A stretch of 63,520 bases of DNA, the filler included. It is 3 parts of 3 records of this genome, joined end to end, with 100 filler letters (N's around TTAATTAATTAA, not from the genome) between each part and the next. Parts side by side here need not be neighbours in the genome. Positions count along the whole stretch, not along the records: positions 1 to 16,643 come from SRR20825006_3085; 2 more parts are not named here. One strand, given 5' to 3'. The position numbers were made by a program, and so were the translations under genes. Numbering within the stretch: the stretch's first letter is position 1; each line of letters starts with the position of its first letter. The notes below the pieces were generated by a model. That model had not been told where the DNA came from. It did no database searches and was given only the letters and a program-made list of their open reading frames with translations. Positions 1-10,400 of this stretch are shown piece by piece.

Positions 1-64
1 GCCGGGCCATTTTTCGCCTCCTTCGGTTGCTCGGCACAACCTCGGCATATGCTCGCGACAAACG

Positions 65-448
65 CTACGCGCCGATCTCTTCTCGGTAGGTCTCGGCGTC
101 CATCAGCTGCTCGAACGCATCCTCCTGGGAGGGGCGGATGCGAAGGAACCAGCCAGCGCTGTATGGCGAGGAGTTGACCAGGCCAGGCTCGTCCTCGAGC
201 GCCTCGTTGATGGCGGCGACTTCGCCATCGATCGGAGAGTAGACATCGCTGGCGGCCTTGACCGACTCGACGACGCCGAACTCCTCGCCCGCCGTGACCT
301 CTTCGCCCGGCTCGGGGAGCTCGACATAGACGACCTCGCCGAGCGCGTCCTGCGCGTGATCGGTGATGCCGATGGTGATGGTGCCATCATCTTCCTGGCG
401 CGCCCACTCGTGGGACGCGGTGTAACGCAGATTCTCAGGGATCTCCAT
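65..448 (-). CDS. gcvH: Glycine cleavage system H protein
   Basis: [15 protein letters not shown]...[19 protein letters not shown]...[13 protein letters not shown] (lipoyl-Lys motif). Start moved to the ATG at 448. Confidence 0.97.
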   Translation of the reverse strand: MEIPENLRYTASHEWARQEDDGTITIGITDHAQDALGEVVYVELPEPGEEVTAGEEFGVVESVKAASDVYSPIDGEVAAINEALEDEPGLVNSSPYSAGWFLRIRPSQEDAFEQLMDAETYREEIGA

Positions 449-527
449 GAACCTTTGACCTCTTTGAAAAAGGGGAGCTGTGATGCGAATCGATCCTGTA
501 AAGCAGTACTCGAAGTGACGCGAGCGC

Positions 528-1625
528 TCAAGACCTCGTGTAGAACGGTTTCTTGGTGAGCGTCGCGCCAAGACGCCGCTTGCGCACGGCGACCTCGACC
601 TCTTCGTGATTGGCGAACGCCACGTCGATGTAGGCGAGCCCGATGCTCGTCTCGAGCGTCGGCGAGTAGGAGCCGCTCGTGACGACGCCCACCTGCTCGT
701 CTCCAACGTAGACCTCGTAACCGGGGCGAATCACCCCCTTGTCCTGAACGACGAGGCCGCGAAGACGCTTGCTCACGCCAGCAGCCTTCGCCTCGACAAG
801 CGCTTGCTTGCCGACGAAGTCTCCTTCCTTTCCGAGCTTGACCGTCCAGGCAAGCCCCGCCTCGAAGGGGTTCGTCTCATCGTCCATATCCTGACCGTAC
901 AGGTGCAGCTTCGCCTCGAGGCGAAGCGTGTCCCGGCACCCCAGACCACACAGCGCGAGGTCATGAGCTTTGCCCGCTTCGAGCAGCGCGTCAAAGACCT
1001 CACCAGCCCCCTCTGCGGGGATGTAGATCTCGACCCCGTCCTCGCCGGTGTAACCGGTTCGAGAGACGAGGCAACGCACGCCAGCGACCTCCATAAACGC
1101 GCCAAAGAAAGACCCGAGATCCCTCGCTGCGCCATCTGTGATGTTATCCAGGACATCGAAAGCGCGCGGTCCCTGGAGCGCGAGCTGCGCCCAGGAGTCC
1201 CCCGTATCCTCGATCTCGCACGATCCCGTCGCGTGCGCGAAGATGTGTTCGCGATCCTTGTCACGGTTCGCCGCGTTCACACACAAAAGCAAATGATCCT
1301 CGGCCAACCTGTAGACGAGCAAGTCATCGACGATGCCGCCATTCTCGTGGCACATCACCGTATAGAGCGCCTGCCCATCGACGAGCTTGGAGACATCGTT
1401 TGTCACGATGCGGTTGACCTCGGCCACGGCGTCCTCGCCGCGCACCTCGATCTCGCCCATGTGGCTGACATCGAACAAGCCGACGCGCTCGCGCACGGCG
1501 GCGTGCTCCTCGGTGATGCTCGTGTACTGGAGCGGCATCGAGAAACCAGCGAAGGGAACCATGCGCGCGCCATGTTCGACATGGCGCGACTCGAGCGGAA
1601 CGTGCTTGAGGGTCTCATCTGACAT
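528..1625 (-). CDS. gcvT: Glycine cleavage aminomethyltransferase T
   Basis: [21 protein letters not shown] and [12 protein letters not shown] motifs. Start at MSDETLK (1625). Confidence 0.97.
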   Translation of the reverse strand: MSDETLKHVPLESRHVEHGARMVPFAGFSMPLQYTSITEEHAAVRERVGLFDVSHMGEIEVRGEDAVAEVNRIVTNDVSKLVDGQALYTVMCHENGGIVDDLLVYRLAEDHLLLCVNAANRDKDREHIFAHATGSCEIEDTGDSWAQLALQGPRAFDVLDNITDGAARDLGSFFGAFMEVAGVRCLVSRTGYTGEDGVEIYIPAEGAGEVFDALLEAGKAHDLALCGLGCRDTLRLEAKLHLYGQDMDDETNPFEAGLAWTVKLGKEGDFVGKQALVEAKAAGVSKRLRGLVVQDKGVIRPGYEVYVGDEQVGVVTSGSYSPTLETSIGLAYIDVAFANHEEVEVAVRKRRLGATLTKKPFYTRS

Positions 1626-1707
1626 ATCACGAGCCTCCGACCGACGGGGAGTTGAAGAAACAAGAGGACCGGGTGCGCGCGCATTGTGTTCCCGCACGCG
1701 CTCGGCG

Positions 1708-2643
1708 TCAACCCGCTGGCGAGGTCATATCGAGAGAGATGCCATGCGCCTTGCAGGCCGCGCGGATCGTGTTCTCCATCAACGTCGCGACCGTCATCTG
1801 CCCCACGCCTCCAGGGACAGGCGTGATCCACCGCGCGCGCGCTCGCGCGCTCTCGAAGTCCACGTCTCCAACCAGCGAGCCATCTTCGAGCCGGGAGATG
1901 CCGACATCGACCACCGTGGCGCCCTCCTTGATCCAGGCGCCCTGGACCAGGCGAGGCACGCCCGTGGCCACCACGACCAGATCAGCGCGCGCCACGTGTC
2001 CCGCCAGGTCTCGCGTGTGCCTGTGACAGACGGTGACGCTCGCGTTGGCGCGCATCAACATCTGCGCCATCGGTCGGCCCACGGTCATCGAGCGCCCGAT
2101 GACGACAGCGTCCAACCCCGCGAAGTCGATCCCATACGCTCGAAGCATCGTCATCACCCCGCGCGGCGTGCACGGCTCGAGCGTACCTCGCCACGCCATC
2201 AACCTGCCGAGGTTATCCGGGTGGAAGCCATCGACGTCCTTGTCAGGATCGATGACGAGGATCGCCTCGTTGGGGTCGAGGTGCTCGGGCAGCGGCAGCT
2301 GGAGCAAGATCCCGTGCACGTCGGCGTTGGCGTTGAGTTGTTCGAGGATTTCGAAGAGCTCGGCCGAGGTGGTCTCGACGGGGAGCTTTCGCTCGAGCGA
2401 GTTCAGACCGATCTTTTGACACGCCCGGATCTTGTTTCGGACGTAGACCGTGCTCGCGGGGTCCTCGCCGACCTGCACCACCGCGATCGTAGGCGTGATA
2501 TGCCGGTCCTTTAGAAGATCGACCGCGCGCGCGAGCTGCTCCAACAGCGCCGCCTTGAGCACCCTGCCATCGAGGATGCCAGGACGTGCGTCCGAGCGCG
2601 AGATGGCTTGTTCGAGTGCGTGAAAGTCGAGTTCAAATGCCAT
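1708..2643 (-). CDS. folD: Methylenetetrahydrofolate dehydrogenase/cyclohydrolase
   Basis: YVRNK, KDVDGFHP, PCTPRG and ITPVPGGVG motifs. Confidence 0.96.
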   Translation of the reverse strand: MAFELDFHALEQAISRSDARPGILDGRVLKAALLEQLARAVDLLKDRHITPTIAVVQVGEDPASTVYVRNKIRACQKIGLNSLERKLPVETTSAELFEILEQLNANADVHGILLQLPLPEHLDPNEAILVIDPDKDVDGFHPDNLGRLMAWRGTLEPCTPRGVMTMLRAYGIDFAGLDAVVIGRSMTVGRPMAQMLMRANASVTVCHRHTRDLAGHVARADLVVVATGVPRLVQGAWIKEGATVVDVGISRLEDGSLVGDVDFESARARARWITPVPGGVGQMTVATLMENTIRAACKAHGISLDMTSPAG

Positions 2644-2719
2644 GGTGCGCTCCTGCTTAAAATCGGGGAGGAGATTCCGGGCGCACTATAGAGAGGTGGG
2701 TTTGGGCTGGCAAGCCCTG

Positions 2720-3388
2720 TCAGGAGGCATCTTCGACGACAACCATGATCCTCGTCGAGAGCGCATGACTCAGCGCGGTCGGGGCGCCATCACCGAGCTC
2801 GATAAACATCTGCCCATCGAACGGCAGGCGCTCCTTGACGGTGAACGCTCGCCCCGGAATCAATGAGATCCGCTCCAAGTAACGCAACATCTCGGGGTCC
2901 TGATCGAGCACGCGCTCCATCGTCACGCGAGCCCCTGGCTCGACGGAATCGAGCGAGATCGCGGTGGACTCGTGGATCGTCCCATCAGCCGAAGGGATCG
3001 GATCTCCGTGAGGATCGAACCTGGGGAACGAGAGGTAACTCTCCATGCGATGCGCGAGCTCGTCGCTGATCGCGTGCTCGAGGCGCTCCGCCTCGGCGTG
3101 CACCTCGTCCCAGGAGTAACCGAGCGTCTCGACGAGGAAGAGCTCGACAAGGCGGTGCTTGCGGATCACCTTGAGCGCGAGCCGCGTCCCCTCGTCCGTC
3201 AACATCACCCCCCTATACTTCTCGTAATCGACGAGCCCTTCATCCGAGAGGCTCTTGATCATGCTCGTGACCGAGGGGAGCGAGATCTCTAGCTCGTCTG
3301 CGATTCCCTTGGTCTTGACCCGATCGTCGGCGCGATTCTCGAGCTTGTAAATCGTCTTCAGGTAGTTTTCGACCGAGATCGTGGGCAT
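2720..3388 (-). CDS. mntR: DtxR/MntR/TroR-family metal-dependent repressor with a C-terminal FeoA-like domain
   Basis: ENYLKTIY, RKHRLVELFL, EAERLEH and DPHGDPIP motifs. Last gene of the metal ABC operon. Confidence 0.9.
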   Translation of the reverse strand: MPTISVENYLKTIYKLENRADDRVKTKGIADELEISLPSVTSMIKSLSDEGLVDYEKYRGVMLTDEGTRLALKVIRKHRLVELFLVETLGYSWDEVHAEAERLEHAISDELAHRMESYLSFPRFDPHGDPIPSADGTIHESTAISLDSVEPGARVTMERVLDQDPEMLRYLERISLIPGRAFTVKERLPFDGQMFIELGDGAPTALSHALSTRIMVVVEDAS

Positions 3389-3457
3389 GGGGTTTGGTCC
3401 CTGGATGAAGCAGGTGGAGAAAGACACGCAGGAGCATTCATACCCCGACGGCTCCTC

Positions 3458-4408
3458 TCAGGAAACCTCCGGGTGCGGTTCGCCTCGTCCGGCTGTTGCC
3501 GTCAGTGACGCGGTCGTCGAAGTCGCGGTACTGGAGCCGCGCACTCGGCGCCTCGCCCAACGTACCAAAACCCCATGTTTCGGTGCACCGAGGAATGCCA
3601 ACGCGTAAAGCACGCCGCCAACACACACCATAGCGCCTGCCGCCGAGACATCCAACCAGACAGCGAAATACATCCCCAGGATCGCCGAAAACACCCCATG
3701 CGCACAAGCGACGATCAACATCCAGGGGAGCCTGTCACAGAGAATATGCGCCGTCGCCGCCGGGACGACGATCATGGCGATGGCCAGGATCGCGCCGATC
3801 GCCTCGAAGCTCGCCACGCTCGTCACCGACACCGCCCCCATCAACCCATAGTGCACCAGCGCCACGGGCACCCCGAGGTTTGCCGCCAGACCCTTGTCAA
3901 AACTCACGAGCGAGAGCCAGCGGTAAAACAAACCGACGAGAAGCATCACCGCGGGCGCCGTGATCCCGAGCAAAATCAGCGAATCATTCGAGATCCCCAA
4001 CACATCCCCGAACAACACACACGCCGTATCGATATGCGCGTTCTCCACGCCCACCGAGAGCGCGATCACGCCGATGGAGAAGAACGCCGTGAACACGATC
4101 CCGATGGCCGCATCCGATCGCACTCCTCCCTTGTCGGCGAGCCCCTCGATGGCCATGCTGGCCAGGACGCCGACCACGGCGGCGCCGAGCAACATCGTGA
4201 AAGGATCGACAGAACCACTGAGCAGAAACGCCGCGACGATCCCGGGCAAGGCCACATGCGTCAGCGCATCAGCGATCAGGCTCATGCGGCGCAGGTACAA
4301 AAAGACGCCGAGCAACGCGCAAGGAACCGCCGCAAGCGTCGCCGCCAACGTCCCTCGCCACATCCACGCCCCCATCGTCCAGGGCTCGACAAACAGCTCC
4401 CACATCAT
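3458..4408 (-). CDS. Mn/Zn/Fe ABC transporter permease (TroD/MntD-like)
   Basis: Real start MMWELF overlaps the upstream stop. LRRMSLIADALTHVALPG motif and many TM segments. Confidence 0.92.
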   Translation of the reverse strand: MMWELFVEPWTMGAWMWRGTLAATLAAVPCALLGVFLYLRRMSLIADALTHVALPGIVAAFLLSGSVDPFTMLLGAAVVGVLASMAIEGLADKGGVRSDAAIGIVFTAFFSIGVIALSVGVENAHIDTACVLFGDVLGISNDSLILLGITAPAVMLLVGLFYRWLSLVSFDKGLAANLGVPVALVHYGLMGAVSVTSVASFEAIGAILAIAMIVVPAATAHILCDRLPWMLIVACAHGVFSAILGMYFAVWLDVSAAGAMVCVGGVLYALAFLGAPKHGVLVRWARRRVRGSSTATSTTASLTATAGRGEPHPEVS

Positions 4409-5379
4409 CGCACTCCTGTAGCGCTGACGCTCACGTTGGCCAGCATCGCGCGCTGCCTTCTGCGGCGACGAACCGCGCGCCAGAGCAGCCCTCCCCTCGG
4501 ACCAAACGCCAGCGAGGAGAGGAAGAACGTCGTCGCGACCAGGACCATCGCAGGCCCCGTCGAGACACCCTCGAAGAGGTAGCTGATCCACGCGCCTAGC
4601 GCGCCGGACAACGCGCCGATCCCGACCGCTGCAGCCAACACACCCGGCATCCGCTTGAACCAGTAGACCGCCGAGGCGCCCGGAATGATAAGCATCGCAG
4701 ACACCAACACCACCCCGACCGCCTGAACCGAAACCACCACGGACAGCGACAACGCGCCGAGCAACCCATAATGAATCGCGCGCACAGGGATCCCCACCGA
4801 GGCGGCAAACCCAGGATCGAACGTCGAGATCGACAGCGGCCTCATATACAACAACGTCGCGCCTCCGAGCAGCACGGTCACGACGCCCAGAACGATCAAC
4901 TGCTCGGGAGAAATCCCGGCGACGTTCCCGAGCAGCATCGCGTCGAGGCCCGCGTAGCTCGTCGTCGCCACGCGCTGGATATAACTCAAGAGCACGATGC
5001 CCGCGCCAAAGAACACCGATAACACGATCCCGATCGCCGCGTCCGAGCGCGACCTCGGGCCGCGCGTGATCACACCGACAGCGATCGCCGCGAGCAACGC
5101 GGACACGAGCGCTCCCGCCATGATCGGCAACGTCGAGACCGATCCCGCGAGCAGAAACGCCACGCAGATCCCGGGCAACGTCGAGTGCCCGGCGGCGTCC
5201 CCCATCAACGACAACCTCCGCAGCACGAGGAACGTGCCGACCGCGCCGCACAAGCCACCGACCAGGATCGATGCCGTGAGCGCGCGCGCGACGAACGCGT
5301 ACTTGAAGGAGAAAAACTCCAGGCTGCGCGCGCTGATTTCGGCGATCTCGAGCGCGTTTATGACATTCGCTACGCTCAT
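4405..5379 (-). CDS. Mn/Zn/Fe ABC transporter permease (TroC/MntC-like)
   Basis: LRRLSLMGDAAGHSTLPG and DAAIGIV motifs (ABC-3 family). Confidence 0.93.
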   Translation of the reverse strand: MSVANVINALEIAEISARSLEFFSFKYAFVARALTASILVGGLCGAVGTFLVLRRLSLMGDAAGHSTLPGICVAFLLAGSVSTLPIMAGALVSALLAAIAVGVITRGPRSRSDAAIGIVLSVFFGAGIVLLSYIQRVATTSYAGLDAMLLGNVAGISPEQLIVLGVVTVLLGGATLLYMRPLSISTFDPGFAASVGIPVRAIHYGLLGALSLSVVVSVQAVGVVLVSAMLIIPGASAVYWFKRMPGVLAAAVGIGALSGALGAWISYLFEGVSTGPAMVLVATTFFLSSLAFGPRGGLLWRAVRRRRRQRAMLANVSVSATGVR

Positions 5380-6146
5380 CGCGCCTGTCCCCCCTGACTC
5401 ACGACCGTCATCGCGTCGGCGTCAAAGATCGCGAGCTTTCCGCCATAGGTCTTCTGCAGGTTCTCTTTGGAGAACACCTCGGCGGTCGGTCCCATCGCGA
5501 TCAGGCGCTTGTTCATCAACATCACCGTGTCGAAATACTCGCCGACGGTCGAGAGATCATGGTGCACGACCATCACCGCCGCGCCCTGATCGCGAAGCTC
5601 GCGCAACACGTCGACGATCGCGGCCTCGGTCTTGGCGTCCACGCCCGTAAAGGGCTCGTCCAACAGGTAGATGTCCCCCTGCTGCGCGAGCGCACGCGCG
5701 AGGAAGACGCGCTGCTGCTGACCGCCTGACAGCTCTCCGATCTGCCGCCCCGCGAAGTCCTGCATCGCGACCTTCTCGAGCGCGTCATCGACGATAGCTC
5801 GATCCTTTTTGCTCATCCTACCGAGCAACCCGAGCTTGCCGTAGCGGCCCTGCTTGACCACGTCGTAGACGGTCACCGGGAAGTCCCAATCGACGCTCCC
5901 CCGCTGAGGCACATACGTCAGCAAACGCCGCGACTTGCGCCCCTCGACCCCCTTGACCCAGACCTGACCGACGTCCGCCTCGATAGAGCCCACGAGTGAT
6001 TTGATCATCGTCGACTTGCCGGCGCCATTCGGTCCGACGATCCCGACGAGTTGCCCCGGCATCACCTCGAAGGAGAAGTCGAGCACCACCGGCTCGCGAT
6101 CGTAAGCGATCGTCAGCCCGCTCACTTTCAAAACCGCCTCGCTCAC
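5376..6146 (-). CDS. Metal ABC transporter ATP-binding protein (TroB/MntB-like)
   Basis: Walker A GPNGAGKST, signature LSGGQQQR, Walker B LLDEP, VHHDL. Confidence 0.95.
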   Translation of the reverse strand: MSEAVLKVSGLTIAYDREPVVLDFSFEVMPGQLVGIVGPNGAGKSTMIKSLVGSIEADVGQVWVKGVEGRKSRRLLTYVPQRGSVDWDFPVTVYDVVKQGRYGKLGLLGRMSKKDRAIVDDALEKVAMQDFAGRQIGELSGGQQQRVFLARALAQQGDIYLLDEPFTGVDAKTEAAIVDVLRELRDQGAAVMVVHHDLSTVGEYFDTVMLMNKRLIAMGPTAEVFSKENLQKTYGGKLAIFDADAMTVVSQGGQAR

Positions 6147-7156
6147 TTCCCCTTCTCCTCGGGTGAGAATGCCTTGTAATCACCGCCCAGATTGGTCGTG
6201 ATCTCCTCGACGTTCTTGACGAACATCGCCTCGAACGTCTCCGCGCCACTCCCCGGCGTGCCGACAGAATCCGAGAACAGCGGACCGGCGACCTTGGCGC
6301 CAGTCTCCGAGGCGACCTGCTTGATCAGCGAAGGGTTGACGCTGCTCTCGACAAAGATCGCGGGCGCCTCGCGCGACTTGACCTTCTCGATCACGTTCGC
6401 GACGTCGCGCTGCGACGCCTCCTGCTCGGTGCTCACGCCCTGGATGCCCTCGACGTCGATCTTGTAGGCGCGCCCGAAGTAATGGAACGCGTCATGGCTC
6501 GTGATCAGGATGCGCTGCGCGTCAGGGATCGTCGCGAGCTGCTCGCCGGTCCATGTGTGCATCGCCTGCATGCGCGCCTTATACGCCGCGCCGCGCTTGC
6601 TGATGTCCTTGCCAGCGTCCGTCTCCTCGCCGACCAGATCGACCATCGCATCGGTGATATTCTGAGAGGCCTTGCTCCACTCTCGCAGATCAAACCAGAA
6701 GTGAGGATCGACCCCGCCAGGGCTCCCCTCCATCTTGATCGGCTCGACGCCCTGACTGGCCACGACCACGGGCCGCTCACCGCCAGCGTTTCTCACCAGG
6801 TCATCGATCCAACCCTCGAGGTGCAAACCACTCGTGATCACCAGCGCGCTCTCGGTCACCATCTTGGCGTCCGAGGGGCGAGGTTGATAGAGGTGAGGAT
6901 CTCCACCCGGTTTCATGATCGCGCGCACTTCCACAGCGTCACCACCGATCTCTCTGGCCGCCGATGCGAGCATGGTAGTCGTCACCACCACCACTGGCTT
7001 CTCGCCCACGAGGCCGCCATCGCCGCCTGTCTTACCCACGTTGGATGCGCCGCGCTTTTTCTCCGGTTCACATCCCATCGCCAGCAAACACGCCACGACC
7101 CCAAACCAGGCAAACCTCGAAAACCTCTTCATCACCAACGCCCTCTCGCTTTGCAT
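6143..7156 (-). CDS. Metal ABC transporter substrate-binding lipoprotein (TroA-like)
   Basis: DPHLY, DPHFWFD, TSHDAFHYF and LFSDS metal-ligand motifs, plus lipobox LAMGC. Start is 7156 or 7132. Confidence 0.93.
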   Translation of the reverse strand: MQSERALVMKRFSRFAWFGVVACLLAMGCEPEKKRGASNVGKTGGDGGLVGEKPVVVVTTTMLASAAREIGGDAVEVRAIMKPGGDPHLYQPRPSDAKMVTESALVITSGLHLEGWIDDLVRNAGGERPVVVASQGVEPIKMEGSPGGVDPHFWFDLREWSKASQNITDAMVDLVGEETDAGKDISKRGAAYKARMQAMHTWTGEQLATIPDAQRILITSHDAFHYFGRAYKIDVEGIQGVSTEQEASQRDVANVIEKVKSREAPAIFVESSVNPSLIKQVASETGAKVAGPLFSDSVGTPGSGAETFEAMFVKNVEEITTNLGGDYKAFSPEEKGK

Positions 7157-7263
7157 ATCACTCTCCAAAGATCGCGTCGCCAGCATCCATTTCATCCGCA
7201 CCCCTGGCCCGCGACTTCCAAATATCTTCACAACGCTTTCAATTTGCAGTCCGCAAACCAAAA

Positions 7264-7281
7264 GTTTAGACAAGGCTAAAC
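7264..7281. promoter_or_regulatory. DtxR/MntR-type operator GTTTAG-N6-CTAAAC
   Basis: Perfect 6-bp-arm palindrome in an AT-rich patch upstream of the operon, resembling the TTTAG-N6-CTAAA boxes of MntR/TroR/SloR. Confidence 0.8.
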
Positions 7282-7306
7282 CTAGAGCAATTCCTCTTGT
7301 TGTCAA
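7279..7306 (-). promoter_or_regulatory. Sigma70 promoter of the metal ABC operon
   Basis: Minus strand TTGACA (7306-7301), N16, TAGGTT (7284-7279). The -10 overlaps the operator. Confidence 0.65.
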
Positions 7307-7339
7307 GCGTCACTGGCGAGAGCGCGGTGGGCGTGCCGA

Positions 7340-7423
7340 GCGAAAAGAGGGGCCGGGTTATTTTGCTGCGCGGAGTCAGACGACTCCAACCTGTCAGCAA
7401 AATAACCCGGCCCCTCTTTTCGC
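7340..7423. repeat. Perfect 29-bp inverted repeat with an inner hairpin
   Basis: 7340-7368 gcgaaaagaggggccgggttattttgctg is the exact reverse complement of 7395-7423. Inner stem ggagtc/gactcc. Confidence 0.9.
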
Positions 7424-7441
7424 GGGCGGAAGGTTTCTGGT

Positions 7442-10400
7442 TCAGATCCCGAGCACGCTCGGGCGACCTGCGAGGCCGAGCGCGTAGCGCACCTCGAGGT
7501 AATCCTCGGAGAGCGCGAACGTGATCAACTCGCGCAGGTGATCGTGGCGGCGAAGCACCTTCTGAGCGCCTGGCTCGTGAAGATCTCCTCGCCACCCCTC
7601 GAGCTTGAGGATGCATCGGGCGGCCGCCTCGATATCACCACACAGGACGAGGCCGACGCGGTAAGCGAACTGCTCGAGCGCGCGAGACCACGCCTCGCAA
7701 TGCGCCGTGGAGAGCTGCTCGGCGACAGGTTCGAGCGCCTGGAGCAACCTGCGGCGCGCGACCGCGAAGAGCGGGCTCGAGGTCTGCTCGGCCATCTCCT
7801 GGCTGGCGACATCCACGCGTTCGCTAAAGCCCTTGCCCATCTGGCGATAGTACACGCCCTCGAGCAGGTGCCACACCGAGCGGCCATCGAGTTGGAGCAG
7901 GGGCGCGAGCTCGGTCGTCGCCAACGCCGCCGTGTATCCTGCCATAAAGCGAAGCTCTGGCTCGTCGAAGGCAGCGAGCGTCTCGGTGTTGAGCCAGATC
8001 AGCGGCTGCCCATCCGTCAGCACCTGCACGGGCCACGGTTGAGAATCACCGAACCAGACCTTGAGGCGACCGAGCTGGAAGGCATCTCCCACCGTGTAGA
8101 AGAGGTCCGCGATAGGCATCAACTCGCGCGATGCGCGGCGGTCATTCTCGAGCGCCTTGCGCTGTGGCAGCGCCTCGGACCAGACCTTCTGCGCGAGCGG
8201 CATCGCCGTGCGCAACGCCTCGACGAGCTCCGGGTTCAACCCCTCGGGGAGCAAGGTCTCCATGACCTCCGCTTCCTCGAGCGTGCGGCTCGGGACAGTC
8301 TTGGTGCGGACCTGCTCGACCTCGATGTTATCACCGAGCGCGCGCTGCACCTGCGTCACGACGCGGGCGCGGTCATACGTGTTGATGTCGGTGAACAGGC
8401 TCGCCATCCCGCGATACGTCGCCACATCGAAGGGATCGATGGCGAGCAACTCACGGAACAACTCGAGCGCCCTGGTTTGCCCCTTGGGCAAGCGCGACTG
8501 ACTCATCGCCAGACGACGCGTCAGGCGCACGCGCTCGTCCTCATCGGCAAAGCCGACGAGAAGATCCTGATAGATGTGCGAGGCATCCTCGAACCAGCCG
8601 AGGTGATCGTCGAAGATCATCGCCGCGTGCCAGAGCAAGGCGCGACGCCCTGGCCCACCGACCTCATCGGCGAGGCGAGAGAGCTCGTGCGCGCAGTTGT
8701 CGAGCGCGCCCGACTCCTCGGCGAGATCCACCAGCATCACCAGATCGCGCTCCGATGTCGGCAGCGCGTGGACCAACGTCCACTGGAGGTTGTACGCCGT
8801 GGCCGCATCGCGGACACCATCGCGGTAGATGCGCACGAACTCGCGCCAATCATCCTCGCGACCGCGCACACGCTCTGGCGTGAGCGTCCTGCGGAACAGC
8901 TCCGCTGCGGCGTAAGGATCGCCGTGCGAGGCGTGCACCCTGGCGAGCTCGAGGCGCGCATCCACGGCCTCGACCTCACGCTCGAAGCGCGCGAGGAGAT
9001 CCTCGAGCAGCTCCATCGCGATCAGGTGATCCTCCTCGAAGCCGCGCGCACGCAACATCCTGGCGAGCTTGAGCCCCGCGCCAACACACCTCGACGGCGC
9101 GATATCAGCGCGCTGCCAGAGCTTGCGGAAGAACTTGTCCTGGAACTCGAGCGCCTCATCCGCCTTCCCGAGCTGCTCGCTCAAACGCACCAGCGCGATC
9201 AGGTGATCCGCCTCTCCGGTGAGCTCCCAGCACGCCTTTCGCGCATGGAACGCCGCGGTCGGATCCTCGAGATAACGCTCGAGCATATCCGAGAGCATAT
9301 CCCACAGGTACGCGCGTCGAATCGGCGTGATCTGCTGGCGATGCACGTGCACATCGAGGCAACGGCGAAGCAGCGACCAGGCATAGTCCGCATACAACGC
9401 ATCGTAGAGGTCATCGATCACAGGCCCATCAGGGCGCGCGATCGTGAGCGCCTCACCCTGCTGCTCGAGCTCCGGGAAGAGCGCCGTCGCGGCGCTCGCC
9501 AGGTATCCACGGCGTCCAGCCTCGTCCTCTCGCGTGCTCGCGAGCTCCAAAAAGCGCCGCGCGATGATATCCTCGCGCTCGAGGCGATTGATTTCGCGAC
9601 GCGTCCAGTCCTCGTACTCTTCCGTCTCGCCAAAGCGACGCGCTTCGAGGGCGCGGAAACGAATCCTCGCGAGGCTCGTCTCTGGACCGGCCAGCGAGTG
9701 ACAGCAACGCACGCCCTTGTGGACGAGCGCGCCGAGCTCGATGCCGAGCGCGCGATCCTGATGCTCGCTCTGCTCGAGCAAGTCACCATCGAGCTCGACG
9801 ATCGAGGAGAGCTCCACTTCATCGAGGAACCACTCGAGCGCCGCGGCGGGCAACGCCTGGAACACGGGCGTCAACGCCAACCCTGGCAACATCTGGAGGC
9901 CATGGCGAGGCATGCTCGTGGCGACCTCCCAGTTGTGGAGAGGATGGTGCACGCGGCGGAGCGCGTTGGTCTGACGATCGCCAAACAGGCCATCGGCCAT
10001 ACGCAGCATGATGCCGTTCTCGACATCGTCCTTTTTGCCCGCGCGGCGAAGGTCCATGGCTGCCTCCGGGACACAGGCGGCGCGCTCGGTCAGGCGGCAG
10101 ATCACCTTCCTGAAGGCATCGCGCGTCTCGCCCTCGAGCCCCGCGCCGCGCGCGATCTCGGTGAGCCAGTTCGCCAGGCGGCCCGGATCTTCGCCGACCA
10201 CAGACCACAACCTCGCCACGCCATCCAACCAGTGTGTGTTCTCGGGCTCGGTGCAGATCGCAGCGCGCAAGTGATTGAACGCAGCGTCAGGGCGACCGAG
10301 GTGCCACTCGTAGATGTCCGCGAGCGAGGCGTGCAGGGTCGCCAACTGTCGCGGCGAGTCAGCGCGATCGAGGCGGCTCGAGAGCAGCGCGACGAGCTCG

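Noticed and set aside
1626-1707. Glycine riboswitch upstream of gcvT
   Set aside because: The gap is only ~80 nt and no aptamer motifs were recognised.
4409-5251. N-terminal half of the 597-aa ORF 3458..5251
   Set aside because: Out-of-frame overlap with the upstream permease. The real gene starts at 4408.
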